Shown here: positions 47,101 to 57,217 of the stretch, piece by piece
How positions within the stretch are numbered: the stretch's first letter is position 1
Layout of the letters: each line of letters begins with the position of its first letter
DNA from: Macrostomum lignano
Taxonomy: Eukaryota
Assembly: GCA_002269645.1 (NCBI GenBank)
Contig: NIVC01000446.1
Coordinates: 434,001 to 498,000, forward strand
Direction: 5' to 3'
Length of the DNA stretch: 64,000 bases
Translations under genes and position numbers: made by a program
The notes under the pieces: model-generated
The model's database searches: none
The model's input: the letters and a program-made list of their open reading frames with translations, nothing else
Told to the model about the DNA's origin: nothing

Positions 47101-50100
47101 AGCTTCAAATGGCTGCCAGCTTCAAATGACTGTCAGCTTCAAATGGCTCTCAGCTTCAAATGGCTCTCAGCTTCAAATGTCTGTCAGCTTCAAATGTCTG
47201 TCATCTTCAAATGTCTGTCAGCTTCAAATGTCTGTCAGCTTCAAATGTCTGTCAGCTTCAAATGTCTGCCAGCTTCAAATGTCTGTCAGCTTCAAATGGC
47301 TCTCAGCTTCAAATGGCTGCCAGCTTCAAATGACTGTCAGCTTCAAATGGCTCTCAGCTTCAAATGGCTCTCAGCTTCAAATGTCTGTCAGCTTCAAATG
47401 TCTGTCATCTTCAAATGTCTGTCAGCTTCAAATGTCTGTCAGCTTCAAATGTCTGTCAGCTTCAAATGTCTGCCAGCTTCAAATGTCTGTCAGCTTCAAA
47501 TGGCTCTCAGCTTCAAATGGCTGCCAGCTTCAAATGACTGTCAGCTTCAAATGCCTCTCAGCTTCAAATGGCTCTCAGCTTCAAATGTCTGTCAGCTTCA
47601 AATGTCTGTCATCTTCAAATGTCTGTCAGCTTCAAATGTCTGTCAGCTTCAAATGTCTGTCAGCTTCAAATGTCTGTCAGCTTCAAATGTCTGCCAGCTT
47701 CAAATGTCTGTCAGCTTCAAATGGCTCTCAGCTTCAAATGGCTGCCAGCTTCAAATGACTGTCAGCTTCAAATGGCTCTCAGCTTCAAATGGCTCTCAGC
47801 TTCAAATGTCTGTCAGCTTCAAATGTCTGTCATCTTCAAATGTCTGTCAGCTTCAAATGTCTGTCAGCTTCAAATGTCTGTCAGCTTCAAATGTCTGCCA
47901 GCTTCAAATGTCTGTCAGCTTCAAATGGCTCTCAGCTTCAAATGGCTGCCAGCTTCAAATGACTGTCAGCTTCAAATGCCTCTCAGCTTCAAATGGCTCT
48001 CAGCTTCAAATGTCTGTCAGCTTCAAATGTCTGTCATCTTCAAATGTCTGTCAGCTTCAAATGTCTGTCAGCTTCAAATGTCTGTCAGCTTCAAATGTCT
48101 GCCAGCTTCAAATGGCTCTCAGCTTCAAATGGCTGCCAGCTTCAAATGACTGTCAGCTTCAAATGGCTCTCAGCTTCAAATGGCTCTCAGCTTCAAATGG
48201 CTGCCAGCTTCAAATGACTGTCAGCTTCAAATGGCTCTCAGCTTCAAATGGCTGTCAGCTTCAAATATCTGTCAGCTTCAAATGACTGTCAGCTTCAAAT
48301 GGCTGCCAGCTTCAAATGACTGTCAGCTTCAAATGGCTCTCAGCTTCAAATGGCTGCCAGCTTCAAATGACTGTCAGCTTCAAATGGCTCTCAGCTTCAA
48401 ATGGCTCTCAGCTTCAAATGGCTGCCAGCTTCAAATGGCTCTCAGCTTCAAATGGCTGCCAGCTTCAAATGACTGTCAGCTTCAAATGGCTCTCAGCTTC
48501 AAATGGCTCTCAGCTTCAAATGGCTGCCAGCTTCAAATGACTGTCAGCTTCAAATGGCTCTCAGCTTCAAATGGCTGTCAGCTTCAAATATCTGTCAGCT
48601 TCAAATGACTGTCAGCTTCAAATGGCTGCCAGCTTCAAATGACTGTCAGCTTCAAATGGCTCTCAGCTTCAAATGGCTGCCAGCTTCAAATGACTGTCAG
48701 CTTCAAATGGCTCTCAGCTTCAAATGGCTGTCAGCTTCAAATGACTGTCAGCTTCAAATGACTGTCAGATTCAAATGGCTGCCAGCTTCAAATGACTGTC
48801 AGCTTCAAATGGCTCTCAGCTTCAAATGGCTCTCAGCTTCAAATGGCTGCCAGCTTCAAATGGCTCTCAGCTTCAAATGGCTGCCAGCTTCAAATGACTG
48901 TCAGCTTCAAATGGCTCTCAGCTTCAAATGGCTCTCAGCTTCAAATGTCTGTCAGCTTCAAATGTCTGTCATCTTCAAATGTCTGTCAGCTTCAAATGTC
49001 TGTCAGCTTCAAATGTCTGTCAGCTTCAAATGTCTGCCAGCTTCAAATGTCTGTCAGCTTCAAATGGCTCTCAGCTTCAAATGGCTGCCAGCTTCAAATG
49101 ACTGTCAGCTTCAAATGGCTCTCAGCTTCAAATGGCTCTCAGCTTCAAATGTCTGTCAGCTTCAAATGTCTGTCATCTTCAAATGTCTGTCAGCTTCAAA
49201 TGTCTGTCAGCTTCAAATGTCTGTCAGCTTCAAATGTCTGCCAGCTTCAAATGTCTGTCAGCTTCAAATGGCTCTCAGCTTCAAATGGCTGCCAGCTTCA
49301 AATGACTGTCAGCTTCAAATGCCTCTCAGCTTCAAATGGCTCTCAGCTTCAAATGTCTGTCAGCTTCAAATGTCTGTCATCTTCAAATGTCTGTCAGCTT
49401 CAAATGTCTGTCAGCTTCAAATGTCTGTCAGCTTCAAATGTCTGCCAGCTTCAAATGTCTGTCAGCTTCAAATGGCTCTCAGCTTCAAATGGCTCTCAGC
49501 TTCAAATGGCTGCCAGCTTCAAATGACTGTCAGCTTCAAATGGCTCTCAGCTTCAAATGGCTGTCAGCTTCAAATATCTGTCAGCTTCAAATAACTGTCA
49601 GCTTCAAATGGCTCTCAGCTTCAAATGGCTGCCAGTTTCAAATGACTGTCAGCTTCAAATGGCTATCAGCTTCAAATGGCTCTCAGCTTCAAATATCTGT
49701 CAGCTTCAAATGACTGTCAGCTTCAAATGGCTGCCAGCTTCAAATGACTGTCAGCTTCAAATGGCTCTCAGCTTCAAATGGCTGCCAGCTTCAAATGACT
49801 GTCAGCTTCAAATGGCTCTCAGCTTCAAATGGCTGTCAGCTTCAAATGACTGTCAGCTTCAAATGGCTGCCAGCTTCAAATGACTGTCAGCTTCAAATGG
49901 CTCTCAGCTTCAAATGGCTCTCAGCTTCAAATGGCTGCCAGCTTCAAATGGCTCTCAGCTTCAAATGGCTGCCAGCTTCAAATGACTGTCAGCTTCAAAT
50001 GGCTCTCAGCTTCAAATGGCTCTCAGCTTCAAATGTCTGTCAGCTTCAAATGTCTGTCATCTTCAAATGTCTGTCAGCTTCAAATGTCTGTCAGCTTCAA

Positions 50101-51515
50101 ATGTCTGTCAGCTTCAAATGTCTGCCAGCTTCAAATGTCTGTCAGCTTCAAATGGCTCTCAGCTTCAAATGGCTGCCAGCTTCAAATGACTGTCAGCTTC
50201 AAATGCCTCTCAGCTTCAAATGGCTCTCAGCTTCAAATGTCTGTCAGCTTCAAATGTCTGTCATCTTCAAATGTCTGTCAGCTTCAAATGTCTGTCAGCT
50301 TCAAATGTCTGTCAGCTTCAAATGTCTGCCAGCTTCAAATGTCTGTCAGCTTCAAATGGCTCTCAGCTTCAAATGGCTGCCAGCTTCAAATGACTGTCAG
50401 CTTCAAATGGCTCTCAGCTTCAAATGGCTCTCAGCTTCAAATGTCTGTCAGCTTCAAATGTCTGTCATCTTCAAATGTCTGTCAGCTTCAAATGTCTGTC
50501 AGCTTCAAATGTCTGTCAGCTTCAAATGTCTGCCAGCTTCAAATGTCTGTCAGCTTCAAATGGCTCTCAGCTTCAAATGGCTGCCAGCTTCAAATGACTG
50601 TCAGCTTCAAATGGCTCTCAGCTTCAAATGGCTCTCAGCTTCAAATGTCTGTCAGCTTCAAATGTCTGTCATCTTCAAATGTCTGTCAGCTTCAAATGTC
50701 TGTCAGCTTCAAATGTCTGTCAGCTTCAAATGTCTGCCAGCTTCAAATGTCTGTCAGCTTCAAATGGCTCTCAGCTTCAAATGGCTGCCAGCTTCAAATG
50801 GCTCTCAGCTTCAAATGACTGTCAGCTTCAAATGGCTCTCAGCTTCAAATGGCTGTTAGCTTCAAATGTCTGTCAGCTTCAAATGGCTGTCAGCTTCAAA
50901 TGTCTGTCAGCTTTAAATGTCTGTCATCTTCAAATTGCTGTCAGCTTCAAATGGCTGTCAGCTTCAAATGGCTGTCAGTCAAATGTCTGTCAGCTTCAAA
51001 TGGCTGTCAGTCAAATGTCTGTCAGCTTCAAATGTCTGTCATCTTCAAATGGCTGTCAATCAAATGTCTGTCAGCTTCAAATGGCTGTCAGCTTTAAATG
51101 TCTGTTATCTTCAAATGGCTGTCAGTCAAATGTCTGTCAGCTTCAAATGTCTGTCATCTTCAAATGGCTGTCAGTCAAATGTCTGTCAGCTTCAAATGTC
51201 TGTCATCTTCAAATGGCTGTCAGTCAAATGTCTGTCAGCTTCAAATGTCTGTCATCTTCAAATGGCTGTCAGTCAAATGCCTGTCAGCTTCAAATGTCTG
51301 TCATCTTCAAGTGGCTGTCAGTCAAATGTCTGTCAGCTTCAAATGTCCGTCATCTTCAAGTGGCTGTCAAGTCAAATGGCTGTCATCTTCAAGTGGCTTC
51401 AAATGCCAGTCAGATGGCTGTCAGCTTCAAATGTCTGTCATCTTCAAGTGGCTGTCAGTCAAATGGCTGTCAGTGAAATAGCTGTCAGTCAAATGGCTGT
51501 CAGCTTTAAATGCTT
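44137..51515 (+). repeat. 17-bp satellite (CAGCTTCAAAT-GGCTCT/GGCTGC/GACTGT/GTCTGT) with higher-order repeats
   Basis: ~7.4 kb intergenic array; rare variants recur at exact multiples of 17. Confidence 0.97.
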
Positions 51516-51557
51516 GGCAGCGAACTATCGGGCTCTATATATTTATCGATTTAAGTA

Positions 51558-52546
51558 TACCTTTTCAACTTCGGATTCGTCAAAAGTGAGTTCAAATTCG
51601 TCAGCGTATGCACAACTATATAGCGCTCAAGGGGAAGAGAATGAGTGTCTATGGAAATTTTTAGAGAAAGTGACTTCGAATTCGTTTAAGTAAGTGAAAT
51701 TCGTCAGTGCAAATGCAGCCTGATCAGAAAAAGTGTCTGCTTTGTCCATGGTAAGAAAAGGTGTCTATGGTAAATTTAAGTAAGAAAGTGAGTGAATTTC
51801 GTCTGTGGAAAAGTAGCCCAATTTCTTGAAATCTTCATCTCATGCTTTGATTGTTGTCAGGGATGCCCTATATGACAATTTCGTCTGTGGATCGCTCTAG
51901 ACTCGTGCGATGTTTTCAACAAGGGCGAGACTGGAGAAAACTCGCTATTGAACTGGATATCAAGAGGACAACTGCCAGTGACATCATCAGGAGATATTTT
52001 GATGAGGGTAGGATTGATCTTAACGTGAGTGGAGGTGCAGTGAGACCAAAGTTTTCTGAGGGGGTGCTCGGGGCGTTGACGAGGTATGTGGAAGAGAAGC
52101 CGACTGTGACCCTCAAAGAAATGCAGCAAAAGCTTGTTGCAGATTTTCCTGCTGCTCCTGCTGTGACAACGCAGGCAACCAGTCGTCGGCTTGACGGGAC
52201 TTTGTGCGTTACATTGGCTGTTTGTTGTCATGTAGGGCATCTCTGACAACAATCAAAGCATGAAATGAAGATTTCAAGAAATTGGGCTACTTTTCCACAG
52301 ACGAACTTCACTCACTTTCTTACTTAAATTTACCACAGACACCTTTTCTTACCATGGACAAAGCAGACACTTTTTCTGATCAGGCTGCATTTGCACTGAC
52401 GAATTTCACTTACTTAGACGAATTTGAAGTCACTTTGTCTAAAAATTTACCATAGACACTCCTTCTCTTCCCCTTGAGCTCTATATAGTTTTGCATACGC
52501 TGACGAATTTGAACTCACTTTTGACGAATCCAAAGTTGAAAAGGTA
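51558..52546 (+). mobile_element. Tc1/mariner (IS630-like) deletion derivative with ~320-bp inverted arms
   Basis: TA|TACCTTTTCAAC ... GTTGAAAAGGTA|TA; arms about 51558-51878 and 52225-52546; centre encodes a bipartite HTH. Confidence 0.85.
51863..52246 (+). pseudogene. Truncated Tc1-like transposase (DNA-binding domain only)
   Basis: WRKLAIELDIKRTTASDIIRRY (HTH), GGAVRPK (GRPR-like linker), YVEEKPTVTLKEM (second HTH); no DDE domain. Confidence 0.75.
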
Positions 52547-53562
52547 TATTAAACCAAAATTTTAGTTATCTCATTAGTTAGTCAAATGTCACCATAGGGA
52601 TTAGAGATTTATGGCAAATAAATATCGCGAATTTCAATAATAGTCTGATGGCGCAGCGATGTATGATGAATTGTATATTTAGTCTATAATTATGTGTGTT
52701 ATCTACGGTTACAATGTAAGAGTTCAGCCTCTCATTTGATATTCTCCATAGCAATACGAATAGCGCTATTGTTTTGTTGTTACGATAGAGAAACTTGCGA
52801 TAAAAATGAATGAAAAAATCGAAATGTCTGAAATGGCGAAAGGCAATGAAGCTGATGAAACTTGCTCTAAAGGTTAGATAGGCTTTACTAGCAAATGACA
52901 CACTGGGAGAGCTGCAGTTGCAACTCGAACTCTTGATATAGGAATCTGCTATTAGATATCTAATCTCGCCTCCTTCATAAATATGCGCAGCCGCACCGCT
53001 CTCCCAATGTGGTGCATGGTGAAAAAATGGTCGAAATTCGAGTTTTTAATAGTCAAGAACAAGATCGAAAAAAGTACATCATCCCGTAAGATGAGAGCGA
53101 AATGGCAAGCGAAATTGTTTAGCGGGTGAAACCAAAGATCATATATACACAAGATGGGCCACTCATTAACCGCCTATGTGGCGGCTATAGAAGCTAATTT
53201 AAAAAAAATTTGCATCTCGCGACAGCGCGAAAATCAACTACTGAACTTAATTTCGTCAGTAGTCTCTGCAGTGAATTCATGTGAATTCACCATTCTTAGT
53301 TCAATTGAGTAGTTTTTAAATTATTTCATGAGAAGTTTTATTAAACTCTCAAAAATAGCTTCTATGTCCCTAAGCTACTGAACTCAAAATTTAAGCAACC
53401 CATGTGTCGGCTTTTTTCGCACAAGTGACGAAAAACAGCGGTCGCACTTTCCCTACAGCCGCAATACAAAGTGGCCTATCTAGGGAATATAAGATCTATG
53501 GGTGAAACCGAAAAAAACATCAGAAAAATCTGCAAAATTTCAGTCAGCCAGGCTGTGCGGCC

Positions 53563-54408
53563 TCACTTCTGGCCAGCCTGCACTTTGTACTCGAGCAGAG
53601 TGCGGAATTTCTTCGCGTCGCCCTCGGCATAGTTCGCGCACACGGCTACGCGACTGGCGCCTGGCTGGGCCGCCGCGGCGAGGCTGACCCGGCCCAGCCA
53701 CTGACCGGCGGCCTGCGACGACGGCTTCAGCGACGTCCAGGACTCGCCGCAGACAACGGAAACGGCTCGAGCCTCGGGCACGATGAGGCTGAAGTCGACA
53801 GCGCGATCGCTGGCTGCCAGCTGGCCGCTGGTTGGGCTGCGCAGCGAGCAGCCCTCAGACCAGGCAGCGAACTGCAGCGGGTAGCGCGGGCCGGCGCCGC
53901 TGCGAGCCAACCAGGCGCTGGAATCGGCGCTCCGCTTCGGTGCACAGATTAGCAGCTGCCACAGGTTGGCCAAATTGTCGTGCTTCTCAGTGGCTGGCAG
54001 GCCGAATATCACCAGCTTGTAGTAGCCGGGGGCGGGCAGCCACACGCGGAAGGAGGCGGCGCCGTCATTCTGCCGAATCTCCTGCAGCACGCAGTCGGAG
54101 CTGCAGGTGCTGCTCTGAGAGCCCGAAGCGGCCAAGCGGACCAGGTGCGCCGCTAGTCGCAGGGGCCGATCGGGTTTCATCGAGAACTCGAACGCGGGGT
54201 CGTCGCCGACTGGCTGTTTGCTTGAAACCAGCGGGTCCTCGTGCGAGGTGCACGCGAGGCCGAACTCGGCAGCCTTCTGCGTGCCGCCAAGGTGCCCAGG
54301 CGGCTGATGAAGCGCCTCGGAAGCGTCTGTGCCGCGGCGGCAGACCAGCAGAAGTTGCTGCACCAAGTGCAGCCGGTCTCCATCCTGGGGTCTGCCACCA
54401 GCGTACAC
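53563..54408 (-). CDS. KY/Hillarin-like gene, last exon (C-terminal beta-sandwich repeats)
   Basis: CATTTCAG acceptor; splice gives GLHVLE|VYAGG; FRVWLPAPGYYKLVIFG; stop at 53563. Confidence 0.85.
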   Translation of the reverse strand: MYAGGRPQDGDRLHLVQQLLLVCRRGTDASEALHQPPGHLGGTQKAAEFGLACTSHEDPLVSSKQPVGDDPAFEFSMKPDRPLRLAAHLVRLAASGSQSSTCSSDCVLQEIRQNDGAASFRVWLPAPGYYKLVIFGLPATEKHDNLANLWQLLICAPKRSADSSAWLARSGAGPRYPLQFAAWSEGCSLRSPTSGQLAASDRAVDFSLIVPEARAVSVVCGESWTSLKPSSQAAGQWLGRVSLAAAAQPGASRVAVCANYAEGDAKKFRTLLEYKVQAGQK

Positions 54409-54532
54409 CTGAAATGAGCAAATGCAAACAACGGTAACTGTAGAATATCTTACTTATTAAAAAGGAAGATTGCAGGAAAACTTGAAAAGCCAAATCCAGT
54501 GCATGTGCACAGCAAGAAAGAAAAGGGTTGCG

Positions 54533-54900
54533 CCAGGCCGATAAACAGTTGGGCTTTCCTCTTGCCCGCTGGTGCCTGACTTTGACATCTCCTTATTGCT
54601 TGGATTGGATTGGGCCTGCTTCCTAGGCTTAGTTTTGTCCGTCTGATTTTGGCTTCTCTCCTTACTGCTCTCTCATTGGCTGAGCGGGAGATTAGGCCTG
54701 CCCCCTAGGCCGATTTTCGTCCGTATTGCATTCACTTGTGCACATCGAGTTATATGCTTGTCGTACTTAACCCAATATGCTCCTTAGGCGGCAAACCCAG
54801 AGGAAGGAAAGGAAATTTTAGCTGCCACATTAAATTTAAGTAACACTGCGCAGACAAGCTACTAAATAAAGAGTAGAGGCTCTACTTTTCACACATCTAA
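54533..54900 (+). mobile_element. Dispersed repeat, copy 2 (two internal units)
   Basis: Homologous to 33836-34415; lies in the last intron of the KY-like gene. Confidence 0.75.
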
Positions 54901-55101
54901 TCACAAATTCTAACTAGAGAGAAGAAGACGGCAAGGTCAGACACCAACATACCTCGTGGGCATTCTACTCGTAGAATTCTGTTTCATATGCTGTTTCCGC
55001 TTCCTGCACCGCTTCTTTCTGATTAATCCTTGACTAACCCACAACAAAGCTTTCGTACAAATTTAGGTCTATAAATAAATAATAAGTACTCAGCCGCTCA
55101 C

Positions 55102-56570
55102 CTCCAGAACGTGCAGGCCGTCTGTAGGCGGCAGCGGCCGCACCAGCAGGTGTCCGGCAGCCATCCGAACGATGCAGGATGCGCTATCCGCCAGCCTGCC
55201 AGCGGCCTGCTGCGCCTGCTGGTCGCAGCCGCGTAGCTTCACAACGTAGCGCAGGCGTTCGGCAGCGCGACTGGACAGCTTGAATCGGACATCCTCGGCC
55301 TGGCCGTCGGTCACCTCTACGATTGGCAGCGGCATGTCCACGCCTTCGCCCGCCGTGACCGCCGTCAGATTGAAGCCGCCCATGGCTGACCAGTTGGCAT
55401 CGGCAGGGCCATAGCCGGAGGTCTGGCACAGGGGGAAGGACGGTACAGTTTGATCGACTTCCGCGTTGATTTGATACACGCAGACTGACTCGAACACGGC
55501 GCTCTGCTGTTGCTGCTTTTGAGCAGTCTGGGCGAGGTCTCTGGCGTAAATCGTTAGTTTCCAAGTTCCAGTGGAAGGTGGCCGCGCCGCCACCACAAGA
55601 CAGGAGTAGCGCCTGTCGAACAGGTGCAAAACTCGGTGCTTGACTGAAGCTGCTTTAGCGGCGGTAGACTTGGATTCTGGGCTCAGAGTGGCGATGAAGC
55701 TCAGGCGGCCAGCCAGGCCTGGCGGGACGCCAATTCGGATGATCAACGCCGGGGACAGAGGCGCCAGCTGCAGGTCCTCGTCAGCTGCGCCTGGCCGGCT
55801 GGAGCGCCACTGAATGGTCGATTCCGGATGCGACCGCAGCTCCAGGCCGTATTTAAAAAAGGCGTTTTTCACCTGCGCCAGGGCATTGAAGCGTTCGATT
55901 GTCAGCGGCTTCTCCAGCAGCTGCCAGCTGGCTCGGTCGGGAAAGTGGGTGAACACGAACTGGGCCGGCCTGGCCAAGAAGTAGAACTCATCCAGCTGCC
56001 TGTCGCCAGCCTCCTGCTGCTGTTTGCCGCCGCTTCGATAACCGCGCGCAGCCCAGAAGCTGTCAATCAGGCGCCAGCTGCCGTTGAGGCGGACGGCGTT
56101 CCACAGGTGCACGGCGTCGCCAATGGCCGGATCTCTCGGTCCGCCGCGCACCGAGCCTTGGACGAGCCGGCAGTCCAGGCCGAAGGCGCGGCACAGGAGC
56201 CGCAGCGCGACTGCCATCGCTGCGCGACCCTCGACGGCAGCGGAGAGCAGCGCCTCAGCGGATTGCGGCTCCCGCTGCACCGGACAGGCATCCGGAGTGG
56301 CCAGGCAGAGCCAGACGAAAGCGAGACGCAGCCGCTCCATCAAGTCGGTGACGTTGGGCTGGCCAACCAGCTGCCAGACCAGCTCGCGTAGGTCCGACGG
56401 CTTTGTGCGGCCCTCAGCCAGTCTCTGCGCGTGAGCGTCCACCGCTGCCAACTGTTCCAGCGATAGCCGGCCAACTGCGGGCACGGCGTCTTGCTCCGGT
56501 TCCGCATCGGCATCTTCTGCTAGCAGATTGCTTGGCAGCTTGAACTTTTTTGGTGGTTTGCTCGGCGTGA
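55102..56570 (-). CDS. Transglutaminase-like (KY peptidase/Hillarin/LTD-1 family) core exon
   Basis: TTGCAG acceptor, phase 1; LCRAFGLDCRLVQG, HLWNAVRLNGSWRLIDSFW, FYFLARPAQFVFTHFPDRASWQLLEKP are family motifs; GAG|GTGAGC donor, phase 0. Confidence 0.88.
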
Positions 56571-56946
56571 CTGCAATTGTTTGGCACGGGGATCGTGTAC
56601 AAAAAGTCAATATTCGCATGGGTTGCGGGCACCCTTGTACACACGCTCACACAGGGTGTACATGTGATCTTTGACTCTCTAATCGTCAGGCATGTACTCC
56701 GTGCCTTGGGGGTTGGCCCTCAAGGCTGTGAATCGCATGACGACCCCCTCCCCAGGGCGAGTTTTCGTGCACGCAAGCTCCAAATGAATGCAGCCGCGCA
56801 CGAACTCGAGCCCGGGTCTCAGCTCGAGTATCCGACACGATAACCTCAGAGCTACACCAGCCCCTGTACAGAATGTGCATGTATGTACCACAACACCGAG
56901 ACAATATTTGATAGATTAACTGCCACAGAAGGCAGGACTTCCTCAC

Positions 56947-56988
56947 CGCATTTCCCGTACTCTCCTGTGGCCTTCCACGACCGAGACT
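56947..56988 (-). CDS. KY/Hillarin-like gene, 42-nt micro-exon
   Basis: CATTTTCCAG acceptor, GTGAGG donor; (K)SRSWKATGEYGKC; phase 1-1. Confidence 0.65.
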
Positions 56989-57057
56989 CTGGAAAATGAC
57001 ACGAATTTCTTTAGGAAGCTGCGCATTTGTGGCTCTGGAACATGTTGAATAACTTAC

Positions 57058-57124
57058 TCTCGTCAGCGCACTCTTGTAGGCAGGAGAGGACGGATGGAAA
57101 ACTTTCAGAGGAGAATGCTTGGTC
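57058..57124 (-). CDS. KY/Hillarin-like gene, 67-nt micro-exon
   Basis: TTTAATTTCAG acceptor, GTAAGT donor; DQAFSSESFPSVLSCLQECADE; phase 0-1. Confidence 0.7.
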
Positions 57125-57217
57125 CTGAAATTAAAGAAATTCTCCAGCGTTTTCTTTTCAATCCAAAAGCGCCTACCACCGAATGTACTTTGAAGAGTAA
57201 AAAAACTCCTCACTCAC

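Noticed and set aside
44111-51693. Many long ORFs such as MALSFKWLPASNDCQLQ repeats
   Set aside because: They are translations of a 17-bp satellite cycling through all three frames; no splice or homology support.
54950-55020. Exon-like segment with GTATGT donor in the last KY-like intron
   Set aside because: The phase-0 reading contains TAG, and exons D and E already join in frame.
56679-56891. ORF between micro-exon and core exon of the KY-like gene
   Set aside because: It ends in a stop with no usable donor; the 56570 acceptor gives the correct phase directly.
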